A DNA stretch of 64,000 nt from Candidatus Avelusimicrobium pullarium (GCA_944323745.1 CALUTQ010000001.1:484863-548862), one strand, 5' to 3'; positions 27,678 to 38,169 are shown, numbered from the stretch's first letter. Translations and numbers: made by a program. The notes: generated by a model not told the origin, from the letters alone.

Positions 27678-28121
27678 TTAATCTCCCAGTGCCAGCAGTT
27701 TGGGCAGGGCGGGGTCGGTTAAATCAAACACCGCAAACGAACCGGCCGCAAAAGGGGTATATTCCCGCCGTAAGATGCCGGCGGCCAGACTGACGTTGGG
27801 GTTGTGCCCCACCAGCATTACGCAGTCAGCCCGCTGCAGCAAAGCCAAGGCATACTCAATTAAGCCTTTGGCGCTTAATCTTCCGTCCAGTTCTTCGGCC
27901 GTTTGCGGCGCAAGGCCCAAAATATCGCCTGCAATTTGGGCGCTTTGGCGGGCGCGCAGCAGCGGGCTTGTCAGCAAAAGGGACGGCCGGTAGCCTGCAT
28001 TTTTAATAGCACAGGCGGAACAAGCCGCCTTTTCGCGGCCGGCTTGCGTAAGCGGTCTTTGGGCATCCGTTTCGGCGTAAGGCTCGGCCTTGCCGTGGCG
28101 CATTAAAATTAAAATCTTCAT
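27678..28121 (-). CDS. sixA: phosphohistidine phosphatase SixA / histidine phosphatase family protein
   Basis: 147 aa. N-terminal ILMRHGKA (RHG motif). Conserved His in LVGHNP. Confidence 0.7.
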   Translation of the reverse strand: MKILILMRHGKAEPYAETDAQRPLTQAGREKAACSACAIKNAGYRPSLLLTSPLLRARQSAQIAGDILGLAPQTAEELDGRLSAKGLIEYALALLQRADCVMLVGHNPNVSLAAGILRREYTPFAAGSFAVFDLTDPALPKLLALGD

Positions 28122-28198
28122 CGGTTTTTCAAAGGCGCGTAAAAAAGCGCCAAAAATGTCATAATATGAAAGAAAAGACCTTATTACTATAGCATTTT

Positions 28199-31100
28199 AT
28201 GCACATTTTTTACGCTCCCTTCCGCGCTTTGGAACAAAAATTTGCAGACTATGCGGCCTCTTTGCAACCGGGGCCGCAGCGCCGCGTGCTGGTGCTGTGT
28301 CCTTCGGCGCGCGTGGCGGCTGCGCTGAAGCGGCTGTGCGTGCAGAAAACGGGGGTTATCAGCAATGTTTTTTTTGTTACGTTTTCGCAGCTGCTGGCCC
28401 GTTTAAACGCGCAGGGCGCGGCCGAAAAAGCCCCGCTTTTGCCCGGCGACAGCCTGCACGATTACCTGCTTAAAAAACTGCTTTCTTCCCCGGGGCTGAA
28501 TTTGTATAAAAAGCCCAGCCGCGGGTTTATCGGCGCGCTGAAAGCCTCTTTGCGCGACTTGGCCGACTCCCTGGCCGAGCCCGATGTGCTGGAAGAACAC
28601 CTGCAAACCACTTCGGACCCGCTTTTGTTAAACCAACTGCCGCATTTGCAGTGGCTGGTGCGCATATACCGCGCGTATTTGCAAAAAATGGACGAAGTGC
28701 CCGGCTATCGCTCTTACCGGCAATATTTTGAAGACGGCCTGTCTGCCCTGCCGGCCAGCCCGTGGCTGCATTCGTTTACGGAAATTTTGATTTACGGTTT
28801 TTACGAGTTTACCGGCCGCCAGCTGGAATTGTTCTCGGCGCTGCGCGCGCATTATCCGGTAACGGTTTTTTGGCCCTATGCCCGCCATCCGGCATTTGAG
28901 TTCGGGCGCAAATTTTTTGAAACCAATATTTTAGGCGCCGCCGCGGATGCGCAGGCCTTGGCGGAACCGTGGAACTCTTTAGCGGCGGGTGAAGCGCTGG
29001 AGTCATTATTTTCCGGCCGTACGGCCGCGCATTGCCCCGAAGGCGTAGAGTTTGTGTCTGCCGCGGACGCGCAAGCCGAGGTGTTCTTTGCCGTTAAAGA
29101 AATGCTTCGCCTGCATATGCAGCAGGGTATTGCCTATGAAGATATGGCGCTTTGTGCCCGCTCGCTGGAAGGGTATAAGTCTTTTTTGCCGGCCGTATGC
29201 GCCCAAAACGGCGTGCCGCTCAATGCAGATTTCACGTTTGGTTTTACCTCCTTGCCTTTGGGTGTTTTTCTGACCAATTTATTTTCGCTTGCGCGCGGCG
29301 GTTTTGACCGCGAGGACGTGCTGGCGGTGGTAACCTCACCCTATTTCAAAACGCCAAACCGGTGGCGCTATTTAATTGACGAGTGCTTGGCAAAACGTGA
29401 TTTTGGCCAATGGGCCGATTTGCTGCGCCCAACGCTGACAAATTATGACCCTGCTTTTTTGGCTTGGCTGGAAGAAATACAACGCCGGTTGGCGTTTTTG
29501 GAAAAACCGCTGCCCTGGAGCACGCTTTGCGCCGCGGCGCAAGCATTGGTGGAACAAAATGTGGATGCAGAAGGGCTGTCTGCGGCGGAAAAAGCCGCGA
29601 TGAGCCAGTTTCAGCAAGTGCTGGACGGTTTTGCGCGCTACAGCGCCGTATCGCCCAAAGCGGAGGAGGGGGAATTTTTAGACGAGTTGTTTTCCGCCTT
29701 GCAAGACGTGCGCTTGCACCATACCTCGGCCGTGCCCGGCGGCGTTTGCGTAGTGGATGCGCTGGCTATGCGCGGGCAGGGGTTTAAAGTGGTGTTTGTG
29801 CTGGGGCTGAACGAAAAGAGCTTTCCCCAAGCCATATACGAAGACCCTATGCTGCGCGATTATTACCGCCGTTTATTGCGCGACCAGCTGGGCTTTTGGC
29901 TTAACCCCAAAAAGGAACGTTTCCACGAAGAACGGCTGCTGTTCTTTTGCGCACTGGAAGCCGCTGCGGACAAACTGTATCTTTCCTGTCTGCGCAGCGA
30001 TGCGGAAGGCAAACCGTTGGTTATTTCGGGCTATTTGGCGGAATTTGCCCGCGCCGCCGGCGTAGATTTGCCCTCCGTTTTCCGCTATGTCAGCGGGCGC
30101 TTGTCCGAACGGCTGAAAACGACGGAGCTTGTTTTGTTGAGCGACAAAGAACTTTCGCTGTTGCTGGCGGCGGAAGGCGCCAGGCAGGAGGAGTATAGCC
30201 AAGCCGGCCTTTTGGACGAAGCCCGCACCGCAAGCCTGCAGGCGGCCAAGCAGCTTTCTGCCGTTGGTACATTAAACGGCTTTGACGGAAGCGTAAAATG
30301 CGGGCAGGAAATTTTTGCTTCCCAGCACGCGGCAGGGTTTTCGCCTTCGGCTTTGCAAGATTTGGCCCGCTGCCCGATGAAATATTTTTTGGCCAAAGGC
30401 ATAGGGCTTAAAGAAAAAGACGAAGTCCTCTCACGCAGCGAGCTGGCCCCGAATTTGCGCGGTACGGCCTACCATCAAATTCTGATGGACTATTATCAGT
30501 CTTTGTATAAAGACGGCCTTGCCGGCCAGCTTTTTCCTTCCGCGTTGGAAGCGCGGTTAGACGAGGCCGTAAATAAAAATTACAACGCAAAAAGCTATAA
30601 ACAGTTTGGCATTTATCCGGTCATTTGGGAAATGATTTTAAAGGATATACGGGATAAGCTGGCCGATTTTGTCGTTCAGGACGCCGCCCGCTTGGAAGGC
30701 TTTGTGCCCAGCGTGTTTGAAACTTTGTTTGAGAAAATATATGCTCCTTCTGCAGATATTCAGATGAAGTTAAAGGGCATTATAGACCGCATAGACGTCA
30801 ATGCGCAAGACAAAACCTTCCGCGTGTTGGACTATAAATCAGGCCGTCACGGCGGCAAAGATTTGGCGGCCGATATGTTTAAAAAAGTTATTTTGCAGCC
30901 TTTTATTTATTTAATTTTGGCGCAGGACCAGGCCCCAACCCGAGGTTTAAGCCCCGCCGGCGCCGCCCTGCTTAACATAAACAAAGGCTATAACCGGCAG
31001 GAACTTACCGTCCAAGGGTTTGAGGCGGTGCGTCCGCGGGCGGACCGGTTTTTAAGCCTGTTGGCGCAATTGATTTGCCAAGGCACTTTTTTTGTCAGTC

Positions 31101-31219
31101 CGGGCGAGCACTGCCTTTACTGTCCTTACGGTGCTGTTTGCCGCAAAGACGCATACCGCACGCTGCTGCGCGTTAAACATACGCCGCAAGCCGCCCTGTT
31201 GGAGGAGGCCAAAAAATGA
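28199..31219 (+). CDS. addB: helicase-nuclease complex subunit B (AddB/RexB-like, PD-(D/E)XK + Fe-S, no Walker A seen)
   Basis: 1006 aa. C-terminal nuclease GIIDRID...VLDYKSG. Cys ligands CPMKYF and CLYCPYGAVC. 4-nt overlap with the addA-like gene. Confidence 0.7.
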   Translation: MHIFYAPFRALEQKFADYAASLQPGPQRRVLVLCPSARVAAALKRLCVQKTGVISNVFFVTFSQLLARLNAQGAAEKAPLLPGDSLHDYLLKKLLSSPGLNLYKKPSRGFIGALKASLRDLADSLAEPDVLEEHLQTTSDPLLLNQLPHLQWLVRIYRAYLQKMDEVPGYRSYRQYFEDGLSALPASPWLHSFTEILIYGFYEFTGRQLELFSALRAHYPVTVFWPYARHPAFEFGRKFFETNILGAAADAQALAEPWNSLAAGEALESLFSGRTAAHCPEGVEFVSAADAQAEVFFAVKEMLRLHMQQGIAYEDMALCARSLEGYKSFLPAVCAQNGVPLNADFTFGFTSLPLGVFLTNLFSLARGGFDREDVLAVVTSPYFKTPNRWRYLIDECLAKRDFGQWADLLRPTLTNYDPAFLAWLEEIQRRLAFLEKPLPWSTLCAAAQALVEQNVDAEGLSAAEKAAMSQFQQVLDGFARYSAVSPKAEEGEFLDELFSALQDVRLHHTSAVPGGVCVVDALAMRGQGFKVVFVLGLNEKSFPQAIYEDPMLRDYYRRLLRDQLGFWLNPKKERFHEERLLFFCALEAAADKLYLSCLRSDAEGKPLVISGYLAEFARAAGVDLPSVFRYVSGRLSERLKTTELVLLSDKELSLLLAAEGARQEEYSQAGLLDEARTASLQAAKQLSAVGTLNGFDGSVKCGQEIFASQHAAGFSPSALQDLARCPMKYFLAKGIGLKEKDEVLSRSELAPNLRGTAYHQILMDYYQSLYKDGLAGQLFPSALEARLDEAVNKNYNAKSYKQFGIYPVIWEMILKDIRDKLADFVVQDAARLEGFVPSVFETLFEKIYAPSADIQMKLKGIIDRIDVNAQDKTFRVLDYKSGRHGGKDLAADMFKKVILQPFIYLILAQDQAPTRGLSPAGAALLNINKGYNRQELTVQGFEAVRPRADRFLSLLAQLICQGTFFVSPGEHCLYCPYGAVCRKDAYRTLLRVKHTPQAALLEEAKK

Positions 31220-34200
31220 ACCGCGAAGACCGCCAACGCGTGCGCACGTGTTTAAATGTCAATATGGTGGTGGAAGCCGGCGCCGGCACCGGTAAGACGA
31301 CATTACTTATTGACCGACTGTGTTTTGCGTTGTTGGCACAAGGTATTTTGGCGCCGCGTTTGGTGGCGCTTACGTTTACCGAAAAAGCCGCCGCCGAAAT
31401 AAAAAACCGTTTGGTTTTTAAATTACAGGCCGTGTTGCAAGCCGCGCGTACGGGCGGCAAAGAGCCTACGCTGCAGACGCTGGTGTCATATTTCGGCGTG
31501 CCGACCGACGAAATTATTTCCCGCGCCGAAACGGCCCTTTCCCAGTTAGATATCAGCCCCATAGGCACCATTCACGGTTTTTGCGCCGATATTTTGCGCG
31601 CCTATCCGTTGGAAGCAGGGCTGACCCCCGGGGCGGAAATAGACAAAGGCGCCCGCGCCCAACGTTTGTTTGAAGCGGAATGGAACCGCTTTTTGGACTT
31701 GGAACTGGGGGAAAATGCACCCCGCGCCGAACAGTGGAAAGAAGTGCTTTCTTCCGTCTCGTTGGCCGATTTGCGCGCCTGCGGCCAAGAAATGTGCAGC
31801 GGCAAAACGGAAGGATACGACTACTTTGCCCAAAAAGATTTATTAATAAAAATTTGCGGCCAGCGCGCCGAACAGGCGCAGGAAATGGCGGAGCAATTTT
31901 CCAAAGGCAAAAAAAGCCCCCGCGTCATAGAAAAAGCCCTTTTTCAGGCGGCGGAACGTTTTAAACAGGCGGCCCTTTGGCTGCAGACGGGCGTGTATAA
32001 AGCCCCGGCGCAAGAAACCATAGCCATTAAATCGGTGCCCAAAGACTGGGACGAACAAAGCGCCGACGAAGCCAAAGCCCTATGCCGTTTTGCCGCGCAG
32101 GCGGATCCGGCCGTGCAAATTTTTATACGCAAAGCCTATGAGCTGTTGACCCCGTTGGTACAAACCGTGCGTATGCGTCTGAAGCAGGAAGGCGTGCTTA
32201 GTTTTGATGATTTAATCGTCAAAACGCGCGACCTGCTTAAAAACAATTTACTGGTGCGCCGCTACGTGCAGGAAGATTACGATGCCCTTTATATAGACGA
32301 ATTTCAGGATACGGACCCCGTACAGGGGGAATTGCTGTTGTTTTTGGCCGAGCAAAAAGGCGGCGCCGCTACCGATTGGCGCGAAGTAAAACTGCAGCCG
32401 GGCAAGTTGTTTGTGGTGGGCGACCCCAAGCAGTCCATTTACCGCTTTCGCGGGGCGGACATTACCGCTTATGAGCTGTTTACCGATTTAATTTTAAACC
32501 AGGGCGGAGAAAAAGCCTACCTGCGCGAAAATTTTCGCAGTGAGCAGGAAATTATTGCCTTGGCTAACGGCGTGTGTGCGGCGGTTATGCGGGAACGCCG
32601 CGCTTTCCAACCGGCTTATGAGCCTATTTTTACAGCTAAAACCGCACGCAACGGCGCGGCGGAACTGGTGCTGATAAGCCCTGCCGCGGGGGAAAGCCCG
32701 TCGGCTGACGATTACCGCCATAATCAGGCCCGTTTTATGGCGCGCTGGATTAGGGAAAATGTGGGCCGTCTGGTTTTGCCCAACGGCGAAAAATTGCAGT
32801 ATAAAGACATTGCCATTCTCAGCCGCGCCGCCACCACCATCGGCCCGTATGCAGATGCTTTGCGGCGGGAAGGAATTGCCTTTTCCGTAGAAGAAGACCG
32901 CGATTTTTACCGCCGTCAGGAAATCTGCGATTTTTTAAATTTTCTGCGCGCCGCCGATGACCCGCAGGACCGTATTTCCCTGACCGGCGTTTTGCGCAGC
33001 CCGCTGGGCGCAATGACCGATGAAGCCGTTTACCGGTTGGCCCGCCAAGGCCGTTTGGACTGGCGCCTTCCGTCCCCCGACCCGCAGGCCGAACGCGTAT
33101 TTACGCAGCTTCGTGCTTTTGCCGCCCGTGCCGGACGGGAACCGCTGCGCGTGTTGCTGCGCAGCCTGCTGGCAGATAGCTTTTTGGCCGAAGCCTGCGC
33201 CGCCGCTTATGACGGCGAGCGCAGCATAGCCAATTTGGACAAACTGGTCTCTTTGGCTGAAGGCTACTCTTTGCAGACGCCGCTGACACTGGGCCAGTTT
33301 TTGGCCCGCGTGCAGGAAATGATGGAACAGGAACTGGGGCGTTTGACGGCGTTGCCGGAAGGGGAAGCGCTCAATGCCGTTACCATAATGACGGTGCATA
33401 AATCAAAAGGGCTGCAGTTTCCGGTGGTGATTTGGACGGATATTTCCAAAAAGGAAAGTGCCGCCGCCTCCCAGCCGGCGCGGCATTTATATTCCTGGCG
33501 CTATAATTTGCACGGCTTTGGTGTAGGCAAATACAGCGATATTAATTTGGCTTGGCTGGAGGAAGAACAGCGCCAGCACGCCCGCTGCGAAGAAGTGCGC
33601 GTGCTGTATGTGGCGCTTACGCGTGCCAAATACAAATTGCTGGTAATCGGCAACGAAGAAAGCGACAGCCGCACCGTGGCGGAAATGTTTGCCCGCGCAG
33701 GTTACTTCCCGCCGCCGAAACAGCATCCTGCGGCATTGGGGCCGGAAGAAGAACTGCAGGTGCATTTTGTGGCGTATCAAAAACCGGCCGATTTTATTTA
33801 TCAGCACCGTGTGCAAGACCAGCCCTGCAGCGCCCCGCGCGATTTTAAACGGTGGCAGCAGGCCTTTTCCGCCCGTATGGAGGAATATCGTTTGCTTTGC
33901 GCCCAAAAAGGGGCGCTGGCTCCTTCCGCTTTAATCGGGCAGGACATCAACAGCCAGGCCGCGGCCGATTTGGGCACATTGGTGCACGCGGCGCTGGCGC
34001 AGTATTTTGCAGGGGGGCAGGCTATAGACGCGTGTGTGCGTGCCGCCGCGGCGGAAACGGGGTTTGCCGCACATACGGAAGCGGCCCGAAATATGCTGCA
34101 GGCGTTTTGCACGTCGGCTCTGTGCCGGCAGCTGCAGGGCTTGCAGCCGCTGGCCAGCGAGATGCCTTTTTCCGTACGTACGGAACAAGGTTTGCTCAGC

Positions 34201-34413
34201 GGGGTAATAGACTGGCTGGCGCGTGATGAAAAAGGGCAAATATGGGTGTTTGATTTTAAAACGGACCAAACGCAAGATCCCGCTCAAACCGCCCAAAAAT
34301 ACAAAGAACAGCTGCAGGCCTATGTGTATGCGGCAAGGCAGATTTATCCGCAGGAAACCGTGCGCGCCGGCATTGTGTTTGTGCGCAATGCCTGCCTGCA
34401 GGAAACGGCCTGA
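31216..34413 (+). CDS. addA: ATP-dependent helicase/nuclease subunit A (UvrD/AddA family)
   Basis: 1065 aa. Walker A AGAGTGKTT, motif II IDEFQDT, LYVALTRAK. C-terminal nuclease GVIDWL...VFDFKTD. Confidence 0.75.
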   Translation: MNREDRQRVRTCLNVNMVVEAGAGTGKTTLLIDRLCFALLAQGILAPRLVALTFTEKAAAEIKNRLVFKLQAVLQAARTGGKEPTLQTLVSYFGVPTDEIISRAETALSQLDISPIGTIHGFCADILRAYPLEAGLTPGAEIDKGARAQRLFEAEWNRFLDLELGENAPRAEQWKEVLSSVSLADLRACGQEMCSGKTEGYDYFAQKDLLIKICGQRAEQAQEMAEQFSKGKKSPRVIEKALFQAAERFKQAALWLQTGVYKAPAQETIAIKSVPKDWDEQSADEAKALCRFAAQADPAVQIFIRKAYELLTPLVQTVRMRLKQEGVLSFDDLIVKTRDLLKNNLLVRRYVQEDYDALYIDEFQDTDPVQGELLLFLAEQKGGAATDWREVKLQPGKLFVVGDPKQSIYRFRGADITAYELFTDLILNQGGEKAYLRENFRSEQEIIALANGVCAAVMRERRAFQPAYEPIFTAKTARNGAAELVLISPAAGESPSADDYRHNQARFMARWIRENVGRLVLPNGEKLQYKDIAILSRAATTIGPYADALRREGIAFSVEEDRDFYRRQEICDFLNFLRAADDPQDRISLTGVLRSPLGAMTDEAVYRLARQGRLDWRLPSPDPQAERVFTQLRAFAARAGREPLRVLLRSLLADSFLAEACAAAYDGERSIANLDKLVSLAEGYSLQTPLTLGQFLARVQEMMEQELGRLTALPEGEALNAVTIMTVHKSKGLQFPVVIWTDISKKESAAASQPARHLYSWRYNLHGFGVGKYSDINLAWLEEEQRQHARCEEVRVLYVALTRAKYKLLVIGNEESDSRTVAEMFARAGYFPPPKQHPAALGPEEELQVHFVAYQKPADFIYQHRVQDQPCSAPRDFKRWQQAFSARMEEYRLLCAQKGALAPSALIGQDINSQAAADLGTLVHAALAQYFAGGQAIDACVRAAAAETGFAAHTEAARNMLQAFCTSALCRQLQGLQPLASEMPFSVRTEQGLLSGVIDWLARDEKGQIWVFDFKTDQTQDPAQTAQKYKEQLQAYVYAARQIYPQETVRAGIVFVRNACLQETA

Positions 34414-34467
34414 AGCAGAAGCGGCGGCTAAATTAGTAAAATTTATAAAACCTTTCAGGAGGAATAT

Positions 34468-34767
34468 ATGTTTGATAAGTTAGGACAACTTAAAGATTTG
34501 TGGCAGCTTAAAAACCAAATTCAGGAAATTAAAAAACGCCTGGACAATATGGTCATTAAGGTGGAAAGCCCCCACCACTTGTTTGAAGTGACGGTGTCGG
34601 GCTCGCAGGAAGTAAAAGAAGTGGTCGTTTCCGAATTGGTCAAAGATTTCAGCCGCGAACAATTGGCCGAAGAACTCAAGGCCGTCATCAATAAGGCCGT
34701 GCGCGACAGCCAGGGTATGGCTGCGCAGGCAATGGGCGGTATGGCGGGCAATTTGCCGCAGGCTTAA
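34468..34767 (+). CDS. ybaB: nucleoid-associated protein YbaB/EbfC family
   Basis: 99 aa. Typical length and coiled N-terminus (LKNQIQEIKKRL), then VTVSGSQEVKEVVV. AGGAGG RBS. Confidence 0.75.
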   Translation: MFDKLGQLKDLWQLKNQIQEIKKRLDNMVIKVESPHHLFEVTVSGSQEVKEVVVSELVKDFSREQLAEELKAVINKAVRDSQGMAAQAMGGMAGNLPQA

Positions 34768-34768
34768 T

Positions 34769-35137
34769 ATGGCAGACCGCCGCATTTACGCCGTGATGGG
34801 CGTGTCTTTAACCGACCCTGCCAAATACGGTACGCGCATTTTTAAAGATTTGCGCGCGGCGGACTATACTGTTTTTGCCGTCAACCCCAAAGGGGGCGAA
34901 CTGTTGGGCGCTCCCGTTTATAAAAAACTCTCGGACATTCCCGCCAAAATTTACAGTGTGATTATGGTGCTGCCGCCGGCTGCGCTGGACGCGGCCGTAG
35001 AGCAATGCATTGACTGCGGCGTAAAGGAAATATGGTTTCAGCCGGGCGCGCGTGACGCCCAGGCCCAAAATAAAGCCCAAGCGGCCGGCATAGAAGTAAT
35101 AGAAAACTGCTTTATGGCCGCCAACGGGGTGTGGTGA
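34769..35137 (+). CDS. CoA-binding domain protein (YccU/YneT-like)
   Basis: 122 aa. IYAVMGVS...KYGTRIFKDL...VFAVNPKG pattern of the CoA_binding_2 type. Confidence 0.65.
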   Translation: MADRRIYAVMGVSLTDPAKYGTRIFKDLRAADYTVFAVNPKGGELLGAPVYKKLSDIPAKIYSVIMVLPPAALDAAVEQCIDCGVKEIWFQPGARDAQAQNKAQAAGIEVIENCFMAANGVW

Positions 35138-36063
35138 TGGCTTTTGCGCCGCTTGTCGTGCAAGGTTTTAAGGCCAGCCGTATGGGGCTGGGTACTTGGG
35201 CTTTGGGCGGCGGGAGCGATTGGGGGCCCGGCGATGAAGCCGAAGCGCTCAATACCGTATCGGCCGCGTTGGAAAAAGGAATAAATCTGATAGACGTCTC
35301 TCCCGTTTACGGCCGCGGCCGTGCCGAAGAACTGCTGGGCAAAGCGTTAAAAGGCCGGCGCAGCAGGGTACTGCTGGCAGATAAATGCGGCATTATTTTT
35401 AAAAACGGACGGCCGGACCACGACCTTAGTACGCCAAGCATTATGGCCGATTGCGAGGCTTCCCTCAAACGTCTGCAAACCGATTATATAGACCTCTATC
35501 AAATACATTGGCCGGACCCGAAAATTCCCTTGGAAGCGGCACTGAAAGCGTTAACCCGTTTAAAAGAGCAGGGCAAAATACGCGCTGCGGGGGTGTGTAA
35601 TTTGACTGCCGGGGCGCTTAAAACCGCGTGCGAAACGGCGGATGTTGCCTGTGTGCAAGGGCAATTGTCTTTGTTAGCCGGCGCGCCGGACAGCTTGTCT
35701 GTTTGCGCGCAAGAGCAAATTGCGTTTTATGGATACGGCGCTTTGGGCGGGGGCATTTTAAGCGGCAAATATAAAGCCGCACCCAATTTCCGCCGTTGCG
35801 ATGCCCGGCGCTATTTTTATAAATATTATTACGGCCCCGCTTTTGAGCAGGCGCAAATAACGGCGCGGCGCGTGCAGAAAGTGGCCGCAAACAAACAGGT
35901 GCCCCCTTCGGCCGTGGCGCTGGCGTGGGCGCTGGCGCAAGAAGGCGTAAGCGGGGTGCTGAGCGGTGCACGCAGTTTACGCCAAGTGTGCGAGAATGCC
36001 CTGGCTTTAACGCTTGCGCTGACGCCGCAGGAACAGGAGTATTTGCAATATGGCAAGTATTGA
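35137..36063 (+). CDS. aldo/keto reductase
   Basis: LGTWALGG, IDVSPVYGRGRAEELLG and LYQIHWPD motifs. ATG at 35137 overlaps the upstream stop (TGATG). Confidence 0.8.
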   Translation: MAFAPLVVQGFKASRMGLGTWALGGGSDWGPGDEAEALNTVSAALEKGINLIDVSPVYGRGRAEELLGKALKGRRSRVLLADKCGIIFKNGRPDHDLSTPSIMADCEASLKRLQTDYIDLYQIHWPDPKIPLEAALKALTRLKEQGKIRAAGVCNLTAGALKTACETADVACVQGQLSLLAGAPDSLSVCAQEQIAFYGYGALGGGILSGKYKAAPNFRRCDARRYFYKYYYGPAFEQAQITARRVQKVAANKQVPPSAVALAWALAQEGVSGVLSGARSLRQVCENALALTLALTPQEQEYLQYGKY

Positions 36064-37357
36064 AGAAATTGCCGCCTATGCGGACAAATTGCTGCCCGCT
36101 TTGGGCATAAATAAAAAACGCGAAATTTTGCGTCTTATGTATGAAATACACAAGCGCGACAAAACGGCGCCGGACATTATTTTGCCGGCGGAAAAAAATC
36201 TAACTTTTGAACGGGCCAAAAAAATTTTGCTTCAAAAAAGATATCCGCTTAGTTTTGCCGGCGCACCCAAAAACGCGTTCTACCTGCCCAAGCTGGAATT
36301 AGACCCTGCCCAACGGGCCGATTTGACGCCGCGTCCGTTTTACCCCAAGCAGGTGTATATTGAAACTCCCGTACGGCAAAGTCCGCTGGCGGCCCGGGCG
36401 CGACAGATGTTTCCGCAAGCGGAATTTAAAGAATGGGACGGCAAAGAAATGGTGGGCAGCGCCTGCTTTTCCCGCCGGACCGAAACGCTGGTCATCCACC
36501 GTGAAAAATACGATTTTTTAAAGCCCTGCCCGTGCTCAGCCGGCAATGCCGGCTGCGGATACAACCTGATTAATTTGGGTTTCGGCTGCCGCTTTGAATG
36601 CGAGTATTGCTTTTTGCAGCAATATCAAAACCTGCACGCCGTTTTGCTGCCGGCCAATGTGCAAGATTTTTTGGATAAAATAGACACGGCCCGCTTTAAC
36701 AAGGGCCCTTTTGACCGCCCGCGCATCGGCAGCGGGGAATTTACGGACTCTTTGGTGTTTGACGATTTGACGCAGTACAGCGCGCAGCTGGTGCCGTTTT
36801 TCCGCGCGCGGCCGCAGCTGCAGTTTGAGTTTAAAACCAAAAGCGTTTGCATAGAAGGCCTGCTGCGGCAGAACGGGGCGGAAAATGTGGTGGTCAGCTG
36901 GTCCGTCAATGCACCGCATTTTATAGAAACGGTAGAGCATTTTACGCCTTCGCTTTCCCAACGGTTGGAAGCGGCCGCCGCGGTGGCGCGCGCGGGGTAC
37001 CGTATCGGTTTTCACTTTGATCCGATTGTTCCCTTTAACGGCTGGAAGGAGGCTTACGCCGCAGCCGCCGCGCAAATAGCCGCCGCCGTGCCCAAAGAAA
37101 AGGTGGCGTGGATCAGCGTAGGGCTTTTGCGTTTTTCGCGCGAGCTGAAAAAAGCGGTGGAAAACCGCTTTCCTAATAACACCATTTTGGACGGGGAATT
37201 TTTGCTGGAGTTTGACGGCAAAATGCGCTACCCCGAAGCCTTGCGCAAAGAGGTGTATGCTTATTTTGTGCCGCTTTTACAGGAACTTTTCCCGCAGACG
37301 ACGGTATATGTTTGTATGGAAAAGCCGCACCTTTGCTCCTGCTCTTTAAGCCAATAA
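36050..37357 (+). CDS. radical SAM protein, spore-photoproduct-lyase-like (SplB family)
   Basis: 435 aa. Single CxxxCxxC cluster (CRFECEYC) followed by FLQ, as in the SPL family. 14-nt overlap with the AKR gene. Confidence 0.55.
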   Translation: MASIEEIAAYADKLLPALGINKKREILRLMYEIHKRDKTAPDIILPAEKNLTFERAKKILLQKRYPLSFAGAPKNAFYLPKLELDPAQRADLTPRPFYPKQVYIETPVRQSPLAARARQMFPQAEFKEWDGKEMVGSACFSRRTETLVIHREKYDFLKPCPCSAGNAGCGYNLINLGFGCRFECEYCFLQQYQNLHAVLLPANVQDFLDKIDTARFNKGPFDRPRIGSGEFTDSLVFDDLTQYSAQLVPFFRARPQLQFEFKTKSVCIEGLLRQNGAENVVVSWSVNAPHFIETVEHFTPSLSQRLEAAAAVARAGYRIGFHFDPIVPFNGWKEAYAAAAAQIAAAVPKEKVAWISVGLLRFSRELKKAVENRFPNNTILDGEFLLEFDGKMRYPEALRKEVYAYFVPLLQELFPQTTVYVCMEKPHLCSCSLSQ

Positions 37358-37386
37358 AAAACCCCGGTTAAGAGCCGGGGTTTTTG
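37356..37386. terminator. bidirectional terminator (radical SAM / TlpA-like)
   Basis: A5-CCCCGG-TTAAGAG-CCGGGG-T5. Confidence 0.75.
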
Positions 37387-37433
37387 CTCATATGATGAAA
37401 GAAAAACCCCGCCGTATACAGGCGGGGGAAAGG

Positions 37434-37919
37434 TTAGTCCAGCACTTTGTTGATTTCTTTGCGGTATTGGTCGGCCAGTGTGTCGGAATAACCGCTCCAG
37501 AGGCGGACCAAGTCGTGGTCTTTATCAAACAGCATAATATGCGGGAAGCCCTGCACCATCAGGTCTTGGGCGGTTTGGCCGCCTTTGTATAAAATGGTGC
37601 TTTTTAAATCGTAATCTTTAATGATTTGTTTGACGGCTTCTTCATCGTCGTCCACATAAATGCCGATAACTTCCACGCCTTTGTCTTTAAATTCATTATT
37701 TGCCGTTTCCAGCGCGGACAAAGAGCGTTTGCACCAGCCGCAGTAAGAAGCCATTACGGCTACCAAAACGGGGTGGCCTTTATGGTCGGCAGACACCCAC
37801 ACTTCTTCCGTGCCGGCAACCGGCAAAGAAACATTCAGCTCCGGCGTTTTGGGAACGTTTACACACGCCCCCAGCACGACGGCAAAAGCGAAAGTAAAAA
37901 GTATTGTTTTTAATTTCAT
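37434..37919 (-). CDS. TlpA/ResA-like thiol-disulfide oxidoreductase lipoprotein
   Basis: 161 aa. Lipobox VLGAC. Thioredoxin-fold active site CGWC. Confidence 0.75.
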   Translation of the reverse strand: MKLKTILFTFAFAVVLGACVNVPKTPELNVSLPVAGTEEVWVSADHKGHPVLVAVMASYCGWCKRSLSALETANNEFKDKGVEVIGIYVDDDEEAVKQIIKDYDLKSTILYKGGQTAQDLMVQGFPHIMLFDKDHDLVRLWSGYSDTLADQYRKEINKVLD

Positions 37920-38036
37920 ATAATTCCCCTTTTTAAAAGATATTTATATTGTACTTAAATAAAACAAAAAGAGATATCCCCTTTTATGTCTTTTGGTTGC
38001 TGCAGGAGTAAACTATATCTGCGGTGAAATTGTTGT

Positions 38037-38067
38037 AAAAAAACCCTTTGACAAATAAGTCAAAGGG
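38037..38067 (-). terminator. terminator downstream of tRNA-Leu
   Basis: On the minus strand, hairpin CCCTTTGAC-N6-GTCAAAGGG followed by T7. It starts 19 nt after the tRNA 3' end. Confidence 0.7.
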
Positions 38068-38085
38068 TCTAATTTTTTAAAATCT

Positions 38086-38169
38086 TACCGGGGAAGGGAC
38101 TTGAACCCTTAAGCCCGAAAGGGCAATGGTTTTTGAGACCATCCTGTATACCAATTCCAGCACCCCGGC
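38086..38169 (-). tRNA. tRNA-Leu (anticodon CAA)
   Basis: Hand-folded cloverleaf. Acceptor GCCGGGG/CCCCGGU. Anticodon stem AUGGU/ACCAU with loop CUCAAAA. Long variable arm GCCC-UUUC-GGGC (class II). T-arm AAGGG-UUCAAGU-CCCUU. No encoded CCA. Confidence 0.85.
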
